Shown: positions 1 through 10,668, counted from the stretch's first letter. The stretch is 49,058 nucleotides of DNA from Bdellovibrionales bacterium RIFOXYD12_FULL_39_22 (GCA_001770205.1 MEQL01000037.1:62001-111058); one strand, 5' to 3'. A program made the numbers and translations. Notes: generated by a model not told the origin, from the sequence alone.

Positions 1-168
1 GGCCGAGATTTTAACGTTATCATAAAGTGGGACAATCCAACTGGGGACTGCATAGTATATTTTGCTCTGCGGATACAGCGATCTCAAGTAATCCACAGTG
101 GATAGTCCCATTATTGAATCACCCAATGCGCGTAGCTTTACGATAAGAATGCTTTGTTTGTTTTGCAT
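1..168 (-). CDS. Glycosyltransferase family 9 (LPS heptosyltransferase-like), N-terminal part, runs off the window edge
   Basis: Not in the ORF track. Manual translation from ATG at 168 gives MQNKQSILIVKLRALGDSIMGLSTVDYLRSLYPQSKIYYAVPSW..., matching the GT9 start ILIxxxxxxGD...L+xxYP. Confidence 0.8.
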   Translation of the reverse strand, partial: MQNKQSILIVKLRALGDSIMGLSTVDYLRSLYPQSKIYYAVPSWIVPLYDNVKISA

Positions 169-267
169 AAGATAAAAAAGATTCTAGCACTGTGCAAATA
201 AAGGATCTAGTATTTCGCTCAATTTTTCCTATACAGAAAGCACTATTCAGCATTAAAATTTAGTTCT

Positions 268-1521
268 ATGTATAAAATTATTCTTTTCGCGATTTTGTTT
301 TTTAATTTTTTTATGGCATCTGCCAAGGACTTTGTTGGAAAACTGTCTGCTAGCGCGGCCAGCAGTAAGCTTGCCACACTAGAGATAAACGCCAAAAGAG
401 TTACCACTAGCTTTGGAGAATTTTTAGTCATTGAGGATACTGTTTTATCTGGCCTAATAAAAAACAAATTGAGTGATGACCTATTTGAATACATTGAACC
501 AAATTACTCCTATCATGTTGATGTAAACGACACTCTGCCTGTTTTAGATCCAATGTTTTCTCGCCAGTGGGGCCTTCGAAATACCGGGAAAAATGTAGAA
601 CAGTCACTTTTGCGTGGAAAGAAAGGAATGGATATAGATGCACTACGAGCTTGGACTATTACTACTGGGAAAAAAAGCGTAAAAATTGCCATTATCGATA
701 CTGGTGTTGATTACACTCATCCTGATTTATTATCCAATATGTGGGTGAACGAGGAAGAAAAAAATGGATTAATGGGAGTTGATGACGACGAGAATGGTTA
801 TATCGACGATATCCATGGATACAATTTTGTAAACAATAGTGGAGATCCTCAAGATGACTATGGCCACGGAACACATTGCGCAGGTGTGATTGGCGCATCA
901 CATGATACGATTGGTATTTCTGGAGTAATGGCACAAGTTTCATTAGTAGCTATTAAATTTTTGAATCAAGAGGGAGTTGGTTCGCTGGAAAATGCACTTA
1001 AATCTATTCAATATGCTATCGATATTGGTGCAGATATCATGTCAAACTCGTGGGGAGGTTTTGATGAATCTGCAGCACTGGCAGAGGCAATTCGTGCCGC
1101 GGAAACGGCCGGGATTGTATTTGTGGTGGCGGCCGGAAATTCGATGAGCAACAATGACAAAAAACCTGTCTGGCCCTCCAATTATGCGATGAGCAACGTA
1201 ATTAGTGTTGGCGCTATGAATGGCCAGGGTGGGCGATCTTATTTTTCTAATTTTGGAGAAAAGAGTGTTCATATTTTCGCTCCAGGAAGTAATATTTTAT
1301 CAACCTATAAAACTGGTGGTTACTACCTATCTTCTGGTACGTCTATGGCCACTCCTTTTGTTGCTGGTATGGTGGGCCTGTTATTATCACATCAAGCGAA
1401 ACTAAATCCTCAAGAAGTGCGAGATAGACTTATTGATACTGCCGAAAAATCGTTTAAACTGGATAAGTCAGTGGCCGGTGGCCGGGCAAATGCATATAGA
1501 CTTTTGTCAGATACTAGGTAA
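268..1521 (+). CDS. Secreted subtilisin-like S8 serine protease
   Basis: Signal peptide, catalytic motifs IIDTG, HGTHCAG and SGTSMATP, oxyanion AAGN. Confidence 0.95.
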   Translation: MYKIILFAILFFNFFMASAKDFVGKLSASAASSKLATLEINAKRVTTSFGEFLVIEDTVLSGLIKNKLSDDLFEYIEPNYSYHVDVNDTLPVLDPMFSRQWGLRNTGKNVEQSLLRGKKGMDIDALRAWTITTGKKSVKIAIIDTGVDYTHPDLLSNMWVNEEEKNGLMGVDDDENGYIDDIHGYNFVNNSGDPQDDYGHGTHCAGVIGASHDTIGISGVMAQVSLVAIKFLNQEGVGSLENALKSIQYAIDIGADIMSNSWGGFDESAALAEAIRAAETAGIVFVVAAGNSMSNNDKKPVWPSNYAMSNVISVGAMNGQGGRSYFSNFGEKSVHIFAPGSNILSTYKTGGYYLSSGTSMATPFVAGMVGLLLSHQAKLNPQEVRDRLIDTAEKSFKLDKSVAGGRANAYRLLSDTR

Positions 1522-1533
1522 TATTTATATTCC

Positions 1534-2310
1534 ATGATCAAATTATCAGTTGCAATTATCACGTACAATGAAGAAAACAATATTGGCCGCTGCTTGCATT
1601 CAGTGCAAAATATTGCTGACGAAATAGTCGTCGTTGACTCTTTTTCCACTGATAAAACGGCCCAAATTTGCCAGAAAATGGGAGCAAAAGTTATTACCCA
1701 TACATTCGTTGGGCACATAGAGCAAAAAAATTATGCGTTAACACAAACAAACTATGACTACGTCTTGTCTTTAGATGGAGATGAAGAATTAGGCCCAGAG
1801 TTAATTGCAGAGATAAAAGAAATAAAACAAAATAGTGACATTGCCCATTTGGCCGATGGATATTTTTTCAATCGCCTGACAAACTATGCTGGCCACTGGG
1901 TGCGATATTGTGGTTGGTATCCAGATCGGAAATTGCGTCTATTTAATAAGCACAAAGGACAATGGAGTGGAGTTAATCCTCATGATATTATTCGTATGGA
2001 TGTTAACGCTAGTATTAACTATATCTCCAAAGACATTTTGCATTACAGCTACGCATCGATCTCGGCACATGTAGCACAAACCAATAAATTTACTTCCATT
2101 GCTGCCAAGGCGGCCTTTGCCAACGGGGTTCGTTCGAATATCTTTAAAATAATTACCAGGCCTTTTTTTAAATTCATTCGTGATTATTTTCTTAAACTAG
2201 GTATATTAGATGGACGTTATGGCCTTATTATTTGTTCGATCAACTCATTATCTGCACTTTTAAAATATGCAAAGATTTTTGAATTACAGTTGAATAAAAA
2301 AATTGACTAA
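1534..2310 (+). CDS. GT2 glycosyltransferase (WaaE/KdtX/LgtF-like LPS glucosyltransferase)
   Basis: IITYNEE, VVDSFSTD, LSLDGDE and WYPD..RLF motifs. Confidence 0.9.
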   Translation: MIKLSVAIITYNEENNIGRCLHSVQNIADEIVVVDSFSTDKTAQICQKMGAKVITHTFVGHIEQKNYALTQTNYDYVLSLDGDEELGPELIAEIKEIKQNSDIAHLADGYFFNRLTNYAGHWVRYCGWYPDRKLRLFNKHKGQWSGVNPHDIIRMDVNASINYISKDILHYSYASISAHVAQTNKFTSIAAKAAFANGVRSNIFKIITRPFFKFIRDYFLKLGILDGRYGLIICSINSLSALLKYAKIFELQLNKKID

Positions 2311-2337
2311 AATGCATCCTCGGGAGCGCAACTATTC

Positions 2338-3312
2338 ATGAGAGTATTGTTTCAACATCCTCACCCTCTTCCCGTTTTTCAGTACGGTGGCACTGAGCGA
2401 ATAATGTTTTGGCATATGAAAGAGTTAGTTCGTTTGGGCCATAATGTAACCTTAATTGGCCATAGTAAATGCCAGGTGGAAAAATATGGCATAAATTTTA
2501 TTCCCTTGCCATCCGCAGTGGATAATTGGCATCATCTTATTCCGGCCAATACAGATATTGTTCATTTACAATACAATGCTACTCCTCAGATCAAATTTCC
2601 AATCATTAACACTATTCATGGTAATGGCAAGATTGGAGAACTTTTTTCCAAAAATGCTGTTTTTGTCTCTTCAAATCATGCCCAAAACCATAACTCTCAA
2701 AGTTACATTTATAACGCACTCGATTTATCGGAGTACCCCCCAATGTCTAGGACGGCAGGATCTCAATGGGACACCTTTCTTTTTTTGGCAAAAGCAAAAT
2801 GGAGAGTAAAAAATGTAGCAGATGCCATAGCGGTATGTAAAAAAGCAGGAAAAAAATTGCATATTGCTGGCGGCCGCTACTTTTTACCCTCTCGCTATAT
2901 CAAAGGCCATGGCAATATTAACAACCATAAAAAATTAGAACTAATGGCCCAAGCGCATGCACTTATTTTCCCTGTGCGCTGGCCAGAACCTTTTGGTTTG
3001 GCCGTTATCGAGGCCATGTCCCAGGGCCTACCTGTCATTAGTTCTCCATATGGGAGCCTCAAAGAACTTATTGCGCCAGGAACTGGAATAATTTGTCAAA
3101 ATTTCCAAGAACTATTGCAGGTAGTAATTTCTCCACCGCAAACCTACGATGGTAAAGTTATTCGTAAATATGTTGAAGATAATTTTAATATTAATAAATA
3201 CACCAAAGAATATCTTGATCGTTACAATAAAATTATTTCGGGTAAGGAACTAAATTCGCAGTCGCCGCAAAGTGTATTTAAAGTTCGGCTGGAAGAACTT
3301 CTACCGTTTTAA
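2338..3312 (+). CDS. GT4 (GT-B) glycosyltransferase
   Basis: YGGTER near the N-terminus; EPFGLAVIEAM..GLPVI signature. Confidence 0.9.
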   Translation: MRVLFQHPHPLPVFQYGGTERIMFWHMKELVRLGHNVTLIGHSKCQVEKYGINFIPLPSAVDNWHHLIPANTDIVHLQYNATPQIKFPIINTIHGNGKIGELFSKNAVFVSSNHAQNHNSQSYIYNALDLSEYPPMSRTAGSQWDTFLFLAKAKWRVKNVADAIAVCKKAGKKLHIAGGRYFLPSRYIKGHGNINNHKKLELMAQAHALIFPVRWPEPFGLAVIEAMSQGLPVISSPYGSLKELIAPGTGIICQNFQELLQVVISPPQTYDGKVIRKYVEDNFNINKYTKEYLDRYNKIISGKELNSQSPQSVFKVRLEELLPF

Positions 3313-3697
3313 GGTTGGGGAGTTTTCTTGAAATACTTTTTGCGATTTCATTTGTGTTATCTTTAGAGATAATTAGAATTTTGTCGCGAATTCCAGGAAC
3401 TGCAAAATTATTACCCAAATCTACAATTTGACTTACGTTGGCATCTATACTGCTAATGTTTTTTTCAACATGCAAAAGGAAAATATTGTGTCCAAAATTA
3501 TGTGCACAAAATAAATTACTAATAGGCCGTTCGTTAGTAGCACAGTTAGCACAAAAATTAGTTAGCGTGCCATCAAAAAAATAATCCAGGGCCTGAAAAG
3601 GAAAGGGGCGTTCGACTAATTTTTCCTCGGTTGCCCAAATGACGCCAATAACTTGTTCGTTAATTAAACGTTGAAGTTTTTCAAAATTGCTTTTCAT
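3278..3697 (-). CDS. Hypothetical protein, weakly like stand-alone peptidase M17 N-terminal domain proteins
   Basis: 139 aa ORF starting 9 bp after nusB; ERP...LDYFFDG.L segment. Confidence 0.55.
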   Translation of the reverse strand: MKSNFEKLQRLINEQVIGVIWATEEKLVERPFPFQALDYFFDGTLTNFCANCATNERPISNLFCAHNFGHNIFLLHVEKNISSIDANVSQIVDLGNNFAVPGIRDKILIISKDNTNEIAKSISRKLPNLKTVEVLPAEL

Positions 3698-3706
3698 ATA
3701 AAATAA

Positions 3707-4180
3707 CTATGCGTTATTTACAGATATGCTGTCAAGAACAGCATTAACAAAGGAGTATGATTGAGAGTCGCTAAATCGTTTAGCAAGTTTAATGGCCTCA
3801 TCAATTACAATTTTTTTGGAGACCTTTCTAATTGTTAGTTCAAAGGTGGCGACAATTAAAATGGTAAGATCGATTTTTTTTAGTTTACTAATATTCCAGG
3901 ACTGAATATTGGCCTTAATAGTTTCTAAAATATTAGGATAATTTTCAAGAATACTAATTATATCTGGTGTTATTTTTTTTAATTTGATGGATTTAAAGTT
4001 AGAGGGGATATCGCTATCTTTTTCTTCTAAAGAGGTTATATATGTTTTGATTTCTTCTTCCAACAAATTATGATCGTTGGCCATCGCTTTAATTTTTTCA
4101 CTGCTGTCGGCCATTTGGAGATGGTATAAAAATTTAAAAATGAATTCACGGGCCAAACTTCTTGTATCAACATTTCCCAT
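3707..4180 (-). CDS. nusB: Transcription antitermination factor NusB
   Basis: RSLAREF, IDEAIKLAKRFS and FVNAVLD motifs. Confidence 0.92.
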   Translation of the reverse strand: MGNVDTRSLAREFIFKFLYHLQMADSSEKIKAMANDHNLLEEEIKTYITSLEEKDSDIPSNFKSIKLKKITPDIISILENYPNILETIKANIQSWNISKLKKIDLTILIVATFELTIRKVSKKIVIDEAIKLAKRFSDSQSYSFVNAVLDSISVNNA

Positions 4181-4189
4181 ATAGTGTTC

Positions 4190-4699
4190 CTAATCAAACT
4201 CCACTAGGCCATCTTCGCTGCAAGATGAAGGGAGATGGCCTCGAGACTTATTTTTTAAATCATTTTTAAGGCCGAGAATAAAATCATCAATGTTGTCAAA
4301 ATTCCAATAAAATGAGGCAAAGCGGACATAGGCCACAGGATCAATTAAATGCAATTTTCTCATTACTAGTTGGCCAATTTCTGGAGTGGTGACCTCGTTT
4401 TTATGATTTTCAATAATTTCTTTTTCTATTGATTCTATTAATTTATCTATTTCTATCACGGAAATTGGCCGCTTTTGACAGGCCTTCTTCACACCCTTTA
4501 AAATTTTTTCACGATTAAAACTTTCTCTGCGGCCATCATTTTTAACCACATCGGGTAGGATGATCTCAATTTTTTCATAGGTAGTGAAACGATGAGAGCA
4601 GTTATCGCATTTGCGGCGACGTCGAATTGCCGCGCCATCGAGAAGCAGTCTGGAGTCGATAACCTTAGTGTCTTGAGTATTACAAACCGCACATTTCAT
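4190..4699 (-). CDS. nrdR: Transcriptional repressor NrdR
   Basis: Start reassigned to ATG 4699 (MKCAVC). VIDSR, IRRRRKC, RFTTYE, ATP-cone and VAYVRFAS. Confidence 0.95.
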   Translation of the reverse strand: MKCAVCNTQDTKVIDSRLLLDGAAIRRRRKCDNCSHRFTTYEKIEIILPDVVKNDGRRESFNREKILKGVKKACQKRPISVIEIDKLIESIEKEIIENHKNEVTTPEIGQLVMRKLHLIDPVAYVRFASFYWNFDNIDDFILGLKNDLKNKSRGHLPSSCSEDGLVEFD

Positions 4700-4959
4700 A
4701 TTTTTTTTCCTACGATTCTTTACTGGGATTACTGGCGTATGGCAAGAAGTTATAGTTATAAATATATTGAGTTGTATTTTTTTTACAAGCAAGTTGTTGA
4801 TTGACGAGGCAAATTCTCCCTGATAATTTGTTACCAATTATAGATTTTTTCCATAGGATCATTGCATGCAGATTATTGCGAACCTGGTTGTTGTGCTTTT
4901 TCTTGTTGTGATTATTGGCCAAGACTATTTTTTCTAAGAGTTCAGTAGTTTTAAATTAA

Positions 4960-6213
4960 CTATTTATAGACTGGAAAATCTTTGCACAGGGCAAGTACGT
5001 CCTTTCTTATTGATGTCAAAATGCTCTCATTTTCACTGTTGCGCAAGGCCTTTACAATCCACTTAGCAACAGTTTCCATATGTTCTTCTTTAAGGCCTCT
5101 TGTTGTCATGGCCGGAGTTCCAAGGCGAATTCCTGAGGTAATAAATGGAGAGCGCTGATCATTGGGAATCATATTTTTATTACAGGTTATACCAGCTCGC
5201 TCCAAAGTTGTTTCGGCCTTTTTCCCCGATAGGCCAACCGAATCCGTTTTACAAAGCATTAAATGATTGTCCGTTCCTCCGGAAACGATACCAACACCTT
5301 CTCTCATTAGTGTTTCTGCTAATTTCTTTGCATTTTTTAAAACCTGCGTTTGGTAAATTTTAAAATCTGGCGAGAGCGCCTCTTTAAAGGCAACGGCCTT
5401 GGCGGCAATAACATGTTCTAACGGACCGCCCTGAATTCCCGGGAAAATAGTAAAGTTGATATTTTTAGCATATTCTTCATTATTGGTTAAAACCAATCCT
5501 CCACGCGGGCCGCGCAAGGTTTTATGCGTAGTCGAGGTCACAAAGTCAGCAACTCCTACGGGAGTTGGATGGAGGCCACAGGCAACTAATCCAGCGATGT
5601 GGGCCATATCAACTACAAAGTATGCATCAATACTTTTGGCAATTTCTCTAAATTTTTGAAAATCGATTATTCGCGGATAGGCACTTGCACCGGCCACAAT
5701 TACTCGAGGTTTTTCTCGTTTGGCAATGGCCTCAACCTGGTTGTAGTCGATGGTTTCTGTTTCTAAATTCAGCCCATAAGAGATAACTTGAAAAAGTTTT
5801 CCGCTAAAATTAACAGGAGAACCGTGAGTAAGGTGCCCGCCTTCTGCTAAATTCATTCCTAAAAATTTATCCCCAGGTTTTAAAATCGATAAGTAGCATC
5901 CCATATTGGCCTGAGAACCGGAGTGGGCCTGAACATTGGCAAAATGGGCCCCAAAAAGAGTTTTGGCCCGGTCAATGGCCAGTTGCTCAACAGCATCAAC
6001 TACTTCACAACCTCCATAGTAGCGCTTGCCTGGATATCCCTCCGCATATTTATTAGTCAAAATGGTGCCTTGTGCCTGGATAACTGCTCGAGAAGCGTAG
6101 TTTTCTGAGGCAATCAGCTCGAGGCCATCTTCTTGGCGACGTAGCTCTTTTTCTATTAGCGCACTAATTTCTGGATCTACTGAGGATAGTTCGTAAGATG
6201 TTTGATGGCCCAT
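4960..6213 (-). CDS. glyA: Serine hydroxymethyltransferase
   Basis: [22 protein letters not shown] and PLP-lysine motif [12 protein letters not shown]. Confidence 0.98.
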   Translation of the reverse strand: MGHQTSYELSSVDPEISALIEKELRRQEDGLELIASENYASRAVIQAQGTILTNKYAEGYPGKRYYGGCEVVDAVEQLAIDRAKTLFGAHFANVQAHSGSQANMGCYLSILKPGDKFLGMNLAEGGHLTHGSPVNFSGKLFQVISYGLNLETETIDYNQVEAIAKREKPRVIVAGASAYPRIIDFQKFREIAKSIDAYFVVDMAHIAGLVACGLHPTPVGVADFVTSTTHKTLRGPRGGLVLTNNEEYAKNINFTIFPGIQGGPLEHVIAAKAVAFKEALSPDFKIYQTQVLKNAKKLAETLMREGVGIVSGGTDNHLMLCKTDSVGLSGKKAETTLERAGITCNKNMIPNDQRSPFITSGIRLGTPAMTTRGLKEEHMETVAKWIVKALRNSENESILTSIRKDVLALCKDFPVYK

Positions 6214-6236
6214 AAAGCTCTCCTAATATTTAAAAG

Positions 6237-7487
6237 CTAATTGTATTTTTTAAAAATGGTCGAAGAATTTGTTCCACCAAATCCAAACGAGTTATTAAGC
6301 GAATATTGAATATTGGCCGATACTGCCTGGTTTGCTGTGTAGTCTAGATCGCATTTTGGATCTTGATTTAGCAAATTGATAGTGGGCGGAATAATTCCTG
6401 TTTCTAAAACCATTATCGAGAAAATTGACTCTATTCCTCCGGCGGCGCCCAAAAGATGGCCTGTGCTTGATTTGGTAGAGCTGATATGTAGCTTGTTGGC
6501 GTGGTCTGTGAAAACCTGGCGTACGGCAAAGGTTTCCGCAATATCACCTAGAGGAGTAGATGTTCCATGAGCATTGATGTACCCAATATCTTTGTAGTTG
6601 ATATTTGCGCTTTCTAAGGCCAGCTTCATACAACGAATTGCGCCATCGCCTTCAGGGTGAGGGGCGGTAATATGGTGAGCATCAGAGGTTGCTCCATGGC
6701 CAACAATTTCTGCATATATTTTGGCCCCTCGGGCCTGGGCCTTTTCTAAATCTTCTAAAATTAAAATTCCTGCTCCCTCGCCCATTACAAAACCATCTCG
6801 ATCAACATCAAAAGGGCGAGATGCCGTGAGTGGATTTTCGTTTTTAGAGAGTGCCTTCATTGAGGCAAAACCAGAGAAAGGAAGATTGCACATAACAGAT
6901 TCTGCCCCTCCCGTAACCATCATATCATGTCGTCCTAATTTGATTTCATCGGCAGCAGCTCCAATTGCATGCGCTCCTGAAGCACAGGCGCTAGCAATAC
7001 TAAAATTAATACCGCGAAATCCAAATTGGATTGTAATTAATCCTGTAGTCATATTGGGGATAACTGATGGAATAAAAAATGGGGAAACACGCTTGGCCCC
7101 TTTGCTTAAAAAATCTTCATAGGATCGCTCGATCATGGGGAATCCGCCCATCCCAACACCTAAAATTGCGCCGCAGCGGTTGAGTGCATATGGATTTTTC
7201 TCTAGAAGGCCAGCATGTCCAAGGGCCTCATTAGCAGAATGTAGTGCAAAATGATTGAAGCGATCTATGCGAGTTGCCTCTTTGGGGTCCATCAAATTTT
7301 CTGCGATGTTGAATTTTTTTACTTCGCCACCAATTTTAATAGGAAGTTTTTCGGTATTAATATTTTCAAGTATTGATACTCCGGATTGGCCACTTATTAG
7401 TTTTTGCCAAATCTCTGGCAGAGTGTGGCCCAGGCCACAAATTGCACCCATTCCAGTTACAGCGACTCTTCTAAAGGAAGTTGACAT
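6237..7487 (-). CDS. fabF: Beta-ketoacyl-ACP synthase II
   Basis: SACASG, INAHGTST, KSSTGHLLGAAG and NSFGFGG motifs. Confidence 0.97.
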   Translation of the reverse strand: MSTSFRRVAVTGMGAICGLGHTLPEIWQKLISGQSGVSILENINTEKLPIKIGGEVKKFNIAENLMDPKEATRIDRFNHFALHSANEALGHAGLLEKNPYALNRCGAILGVGMGGFPMIERSYEDFLSKGAKRVSPFFIPSVIPNMTTGLITIQFGFRGINFSIASACASGAHAIGAAADEIKLGRHDMMVTGGAESVMCNLPFSGFASMKALSKNENPLTASRPFDVDRDGFVMGEGAGILILEDLEKAQARGAKIYAEIVGHGATSDAHHITAPHPEGDGAIRCMKLALESANINYKDIGYINAHGTSTPLGDIAETFAVRQVFTDHANKLHISSTKSSTGHLLGAAGGIESIFSIMVLETGIIPPTINLLNQDPKCDLDYTANQAVSANIQYSLNNSFGFGGTNSSTIFKKYN

Positions 7488-7562
7488 TTTTACCTCTCCT
7501 TGAGTTTATTATTACGATTTTATTAGTATGGAAAAGCGGATTATTTTTACACTCAAATAGAC

Positions 7563-7597
7563 AAAAAGGGAAGGATTCCTAAGAAAGCTTCCCTTTT
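7563..7597 (-). terminator. Rho-independent terminator or attenuator between acpP and fabF
   Basis: Minus strand reads AAAAGGGAAG-N14-CTTCCCTTTTT, a stem followed by a U-run, about 30 nt after the acpP stop. Confidence 0.75.
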
Positions 7598-7626
7598 ATT
7601 TGGATCAAATTATTGTTTGTTTTCTA

Positions 7627-7860
7627 CTATTGTTTGTTTGTAAGGTAGGTAACAACATCGCGAACTTTTTTTAGGCCTTCGGCCTCTTCTTCCGGAATTT
7701 CTATGTTGAACTCATCCTCCATTTTCATCATCAGTTCAACGATATCCAAAGAATCAAGATTCAAATCGTCATTAAAGCTGGTATCTAGTGTGATTTTTGA
7801 TTGATCAACTTTTGTAGCTTCGCTGATTAACTTAATAACTTTTTGCTCCATTTCTTGCAT
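7627..7860 (-). CDS. acpP: Acyl carrier protein
   Basis: DLNLDSLDIVEL phosphopantetheine motif; 77 aa, acidic. Confidence 0.97.
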   Translation of the reverse strand: MQEMEQKVIKLISEATKVDQSKITLDTSFNDDLNLDSLDIVELMMKMEDEFNIEIPEEEAEGLKKVRDVVTYLTNKQ

Positions 7861-7928
7861 TTTCCAGACTCCTGTTTAAAGTAAATAAATAGTTAACTCA
7901 TTAATATAAAAACGTAAGAGCATTGTTT

Positions 7929-8687
7929 TTATATATAAAGACCTCCATCAATCTTTATAATTTCACCAGTAATATATGATGATGCACAACTTAGCAAGTA
8001 GCAAATTAACCCCGCCACCTCCTCCGAATCCCCAAAACGTTTTAGTGGAATATTGGAAAGATAGCTCTCTTTGGTTTCTGCACTCAGCGACTCAGTCATG
8101 TCCGTCTTTATAAAACCGGGACAAATAACATTGCAGCGAATATTTCGAGAGGCCAATTCCTTTGCGTATGATTTTGTGAATCCAATTAGTCCAGCCTTGG
8201 AGGCGGCATAAGCAATTTGGGAAGGATTTCCCATTAGGCCAACAACCGAACTAACATTCACTATGGAGACATTCTCTGCTTTTAAAAAATATCGGGATAA
8301 TGCAGAGGTTAATAGAATTGCTGATTTCAAATTTACATCGATTATTTTATCAACATCTTCTTCCTTGATTCGCAAAACTATTTGATCTTTTGAGATGCCG
8401 GCATTGTTAACTAATCCCGTAATTGGGCCGATTTCTTTTATGAAAGTTGCCAATTTATCGGTGAAGTTAGCAGTTTCGGTAATATCAAATTTTAAGGCAG
8501 TGGCCTTCCCACCTAGGTTGGTAATTTCCTTTTTTAATTCCTCGGCAATACTTTCATCTCCGCGGTAATTAAATACTACGTGTGCTTGCTGGCGGGCCAA
8601 AACGGTAGCAATGGAGCGGCCAATACCTCTAGTTGCTCCGGTTACGAGAATAATTTTATCTTTTAAGTCAGGGTATTGTACAAACAT
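7929..8687 (-). CDS. fabG: 3-oxoacyl-ACP reductase
   Basis: TGATRGIG, NNAGI and YAASK motifs; fab cluster context. Confidence 0.95.
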   Translation of the reverse strand: MFVQYPDLKDKIILVTGATRGIGRSIATVLARQQAHVVFNYRGDESIAEELKKEITNLGGKATALKFDITETANFTDKLATFIKEIGPITGLVNNAGISKDQIVLRIKEEDVDKIIDVNLKSAILLTSALSRYFLKAENVSIVNVSSVVGLMGNPSQIAYAASKAGLIGFTKSYAKELASRNIRCNVICPGFIKTDMTESLSAETKESYLSNIPLKRFGDSEEVAGLICYLLSCASSYITGEIIKIDGGLYI

Positions 8688-8688
8688 T

Positions 8689-9645
8689 TTAAATCATCCC
8701 CTTTAATTCCGTATAGGAATCTTCAAATTCCATTGATAAAACCTTTATATCGCGATTAATTTTTCTAACTAATCCGGCCAATACTCGGCCAGTGCCAATT
8801 TCTAGACAGAGTGTATTTGAATCCAATTTGGCGATACTTTTGGACCACTGTACACTCCCACAAACCTGATCTATTAAATTTTGTCTGATCACATCCCCGG
8901 ATGTTTCAATAGGATATTCGGTTGCATTTATATTAGCGATGTAGGGAGTCTTGAGAGGCAGAAATTTAAATTTAGAAAATGCCGCTGCCAAATTATTCGC
9001 AGCAGGCTCCATTAACGGGGAGTGAAAAGGAGCTGAAACTTTTAGTTCCAGAGCTTTTGTTCGGCCATCAACATTGGCCTCAATCCATTTCGCCGCACGA
9101 TCACATGCTGCTGCATGGCCAGAAATAACTGTTTGTCCAGGCTCATTGAAGTTGGCCGCGGTAACGATTTCTCCCTTAGACTTATCGCTGGCCAATTCAC
9201 ATGCTTCAACGACTTTTTCTTCGCTTGCACGCATAATGGCATACATTTTTCCTTTGCCTTGAGGTACTGCCTCCTGCATGAATTTTCCTCGAAGATGAAC
9301 GGCCATAACGGCATCTTCAAAACTTAGCGCTCCAGCTGCTACAAGGGCGGAGTATTCACCAATGGAGTGGCCAAGTACGCGGTTAACTGCAACGCCCTTA
9401 CTATCTAGAAGCTCTTTTACATTTTGCCAGATAGCAACTGAGTGAGTTAGAAGTGCTGGTTGAGTGTTGGCGGTTAGTGTGAGTTGTTCCTCTGGGCCAT
9501 TGAAACAAATGGAAGACAAGTTGTATCCTAAGATGTCATCCGCTTTTTTAAATAGATTAAAGCTTGGCCGCCCTTCAAGTTCCTTTCCCATTCCAACGTG
9601 TTGTGATCCCTGGCCTGGAAAGAGCAATGTGACTGATTTAAACAT
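8689..9645 (-). CDS. fabD: Malonyl-CoA:ACP transacylase
   Basis: FPGQGSQ, GHSIGEY and VSAPFHS motifs. Confidence 0.97.
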   Translation of the reverse strand: MFKSVTLLFPGQGSQHVGMGKELEGRPSFNLFKKADDILGYNLSSICFNGPEEQLTLTANTQPALLTHSVAIWQNVKELLDSKGVAVNRVLGHSIGEYSALVAAGALSFEDAVMAVHLRGKFMQEAVPQGKGKMYAIMRASEEKVVEACELASDKSKGEIVTAANFNEPGQTVISGHAAACDRAAKWIEANVDGRTKALELKVSAPFHSPLMEPAANNLAAAFSKFKFLPLKTPYIANINATEYPIETSGDVIRQNLIDQVCGSVQWSKSIAKLDSNTLCLEIGTGRVLAGLVRKINRDIKVLSMEFEDSYTELKGMI

Positions 9646-9741
9646 ATTCTAATCCTTGATTAAGTTATTAATGAAAAAATAACAAATCTAAATCCCAAAA
9701 TTAGAAAAGTAGGCATTATCTTTTATTGGTGTGCGGGCAAA

Positions 9742-9963
9742 CTACGCTTGAGCGTCGTCTTGGGAATTATTAGCAACAGTGGCCTTAACATCAATAATTT
9801 CATGGCCGCGATAAGTTCCACAGGCCGCGCAAATTTTATGAGGTAGTGTTATTTCTGAGCACTTGGGACATGTCATGGTATGTTTTTTAAATAATTTATG
9901 GTGTTGGCCAGATCTTCTTTTACCTTTTCGTGATACGCTGGTCTTCTTTTTTGGAACTGCCAT
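9742..9963 (-). CDS. rpmF: 50S ribosomal protein L32
   Basis: MAVPKKKTS start; CxxC...CxxCG zinc ribbon. Confidence 0.95.
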   Translation of the reverse strand: MAVPKKKTSVSRKGKRRSGQHHKLFKKHTMTCPKCSEITLPHKICAACGTYRGHEIIDVKATVANNSQDDAQA

Positions 9964-10077
9964 AATTAACTCCGGAAATAATAATTCAGTATTGTTATAA
10001 AGCCCAAATAGATACGATACAACCGGTAAATATGCAAGCCATTTTTTACGATCAGGAGCTGGTCATTAGAATGGCCT

Positions 10078-10668
10078 TTAGTCCTCAGGCCGTTGGCAGG
10101 AACAACTATCGTGGTTAAGGTTTGTTCCGCATATTGGACAGAGTCCTCTACAATTTTCGTCGTGTAGTGGAAATTGAGGGATATTTAAAAACAGCTGTTC
10201 ATGAATCAAATCATTGAAGTTTACGTTGTTATTTGAGTAAAAATAAAGATCCATAGTCTCTTCTGCGCAAAAAACCTCTGTTTCTTCTTCATAAGTTTGG
10301 GCCTTTTCAAAAAGTTCACTCATAAAAAGGGCCCGAAATTGATGATTAATATTTTGAGTAGTTGAGTCTAGGCAGCGAACACAAGGAGCTTTGTAATTAC
10401 CGCTGAGAGTTCCCCTTATAATCAAATGATCTCCAAACTCATCGTTTTTTTTGCGAATTACGCTTAAATCAATGATTAGATTGCTGGAAGAATTATCATT
10501 TTCTTCAGCGTTTATTTCAAAATATTCTCTCTCCAGTTCAGACAAGATTTCTTTTATCCACGGGATGTCGATGTTGCCCAAGAAGGTCTTTTCTCCATTT
10601 AGTGTGAGCTTTGTAATTTTTAATGTCTCTGGAAGAGGGGTGTGGTGTTGTTCATCTGCAATGGCCAT
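10078..10668 (-). CDS. yceD: YceD/DUF177 family protein
   Basis: CVRCL and C.GLCPICG.NLN...C.C motifs; directly upstream of rpmF. Start ATG 10668 preferred over 10722. Confidence 0.88.
   Translation of the reverse strand: MAIADEQHHTPLPETLKITKLTLNGEKTFLGNIDIPWIKEILSELEREYFEINAEENDNSSSNLIIDLSVIRKKNDEFGDHLIIRGTLSGNYKAPCVRCLDSTTQNINHQFRALFMSELFEKAQTYEEETEVFCAEETMDLYFYSNNNVNFNDLIHEQLFLNIPQFPLHDENCRGLCPICGTNLNHDSCSCQRPED

Noticed and set aside
4757..4772. Possible NrdR box upstream of nrdR (TATAAATATATTGAGT)
   Set aside because: Only 11 of 16 positions match, the conserved C is missing, there is no tandem second box, and the background is AT-rich.
4710..4922. 70-aa minus-strand ORF between glyA and nrdR, and the 46-aa N-terminal extension of nrdR
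   Set aside because: No RBS, low-complexity Asn/Lys content and no recognisable motif; NrdR homology begins at MKC (4699).
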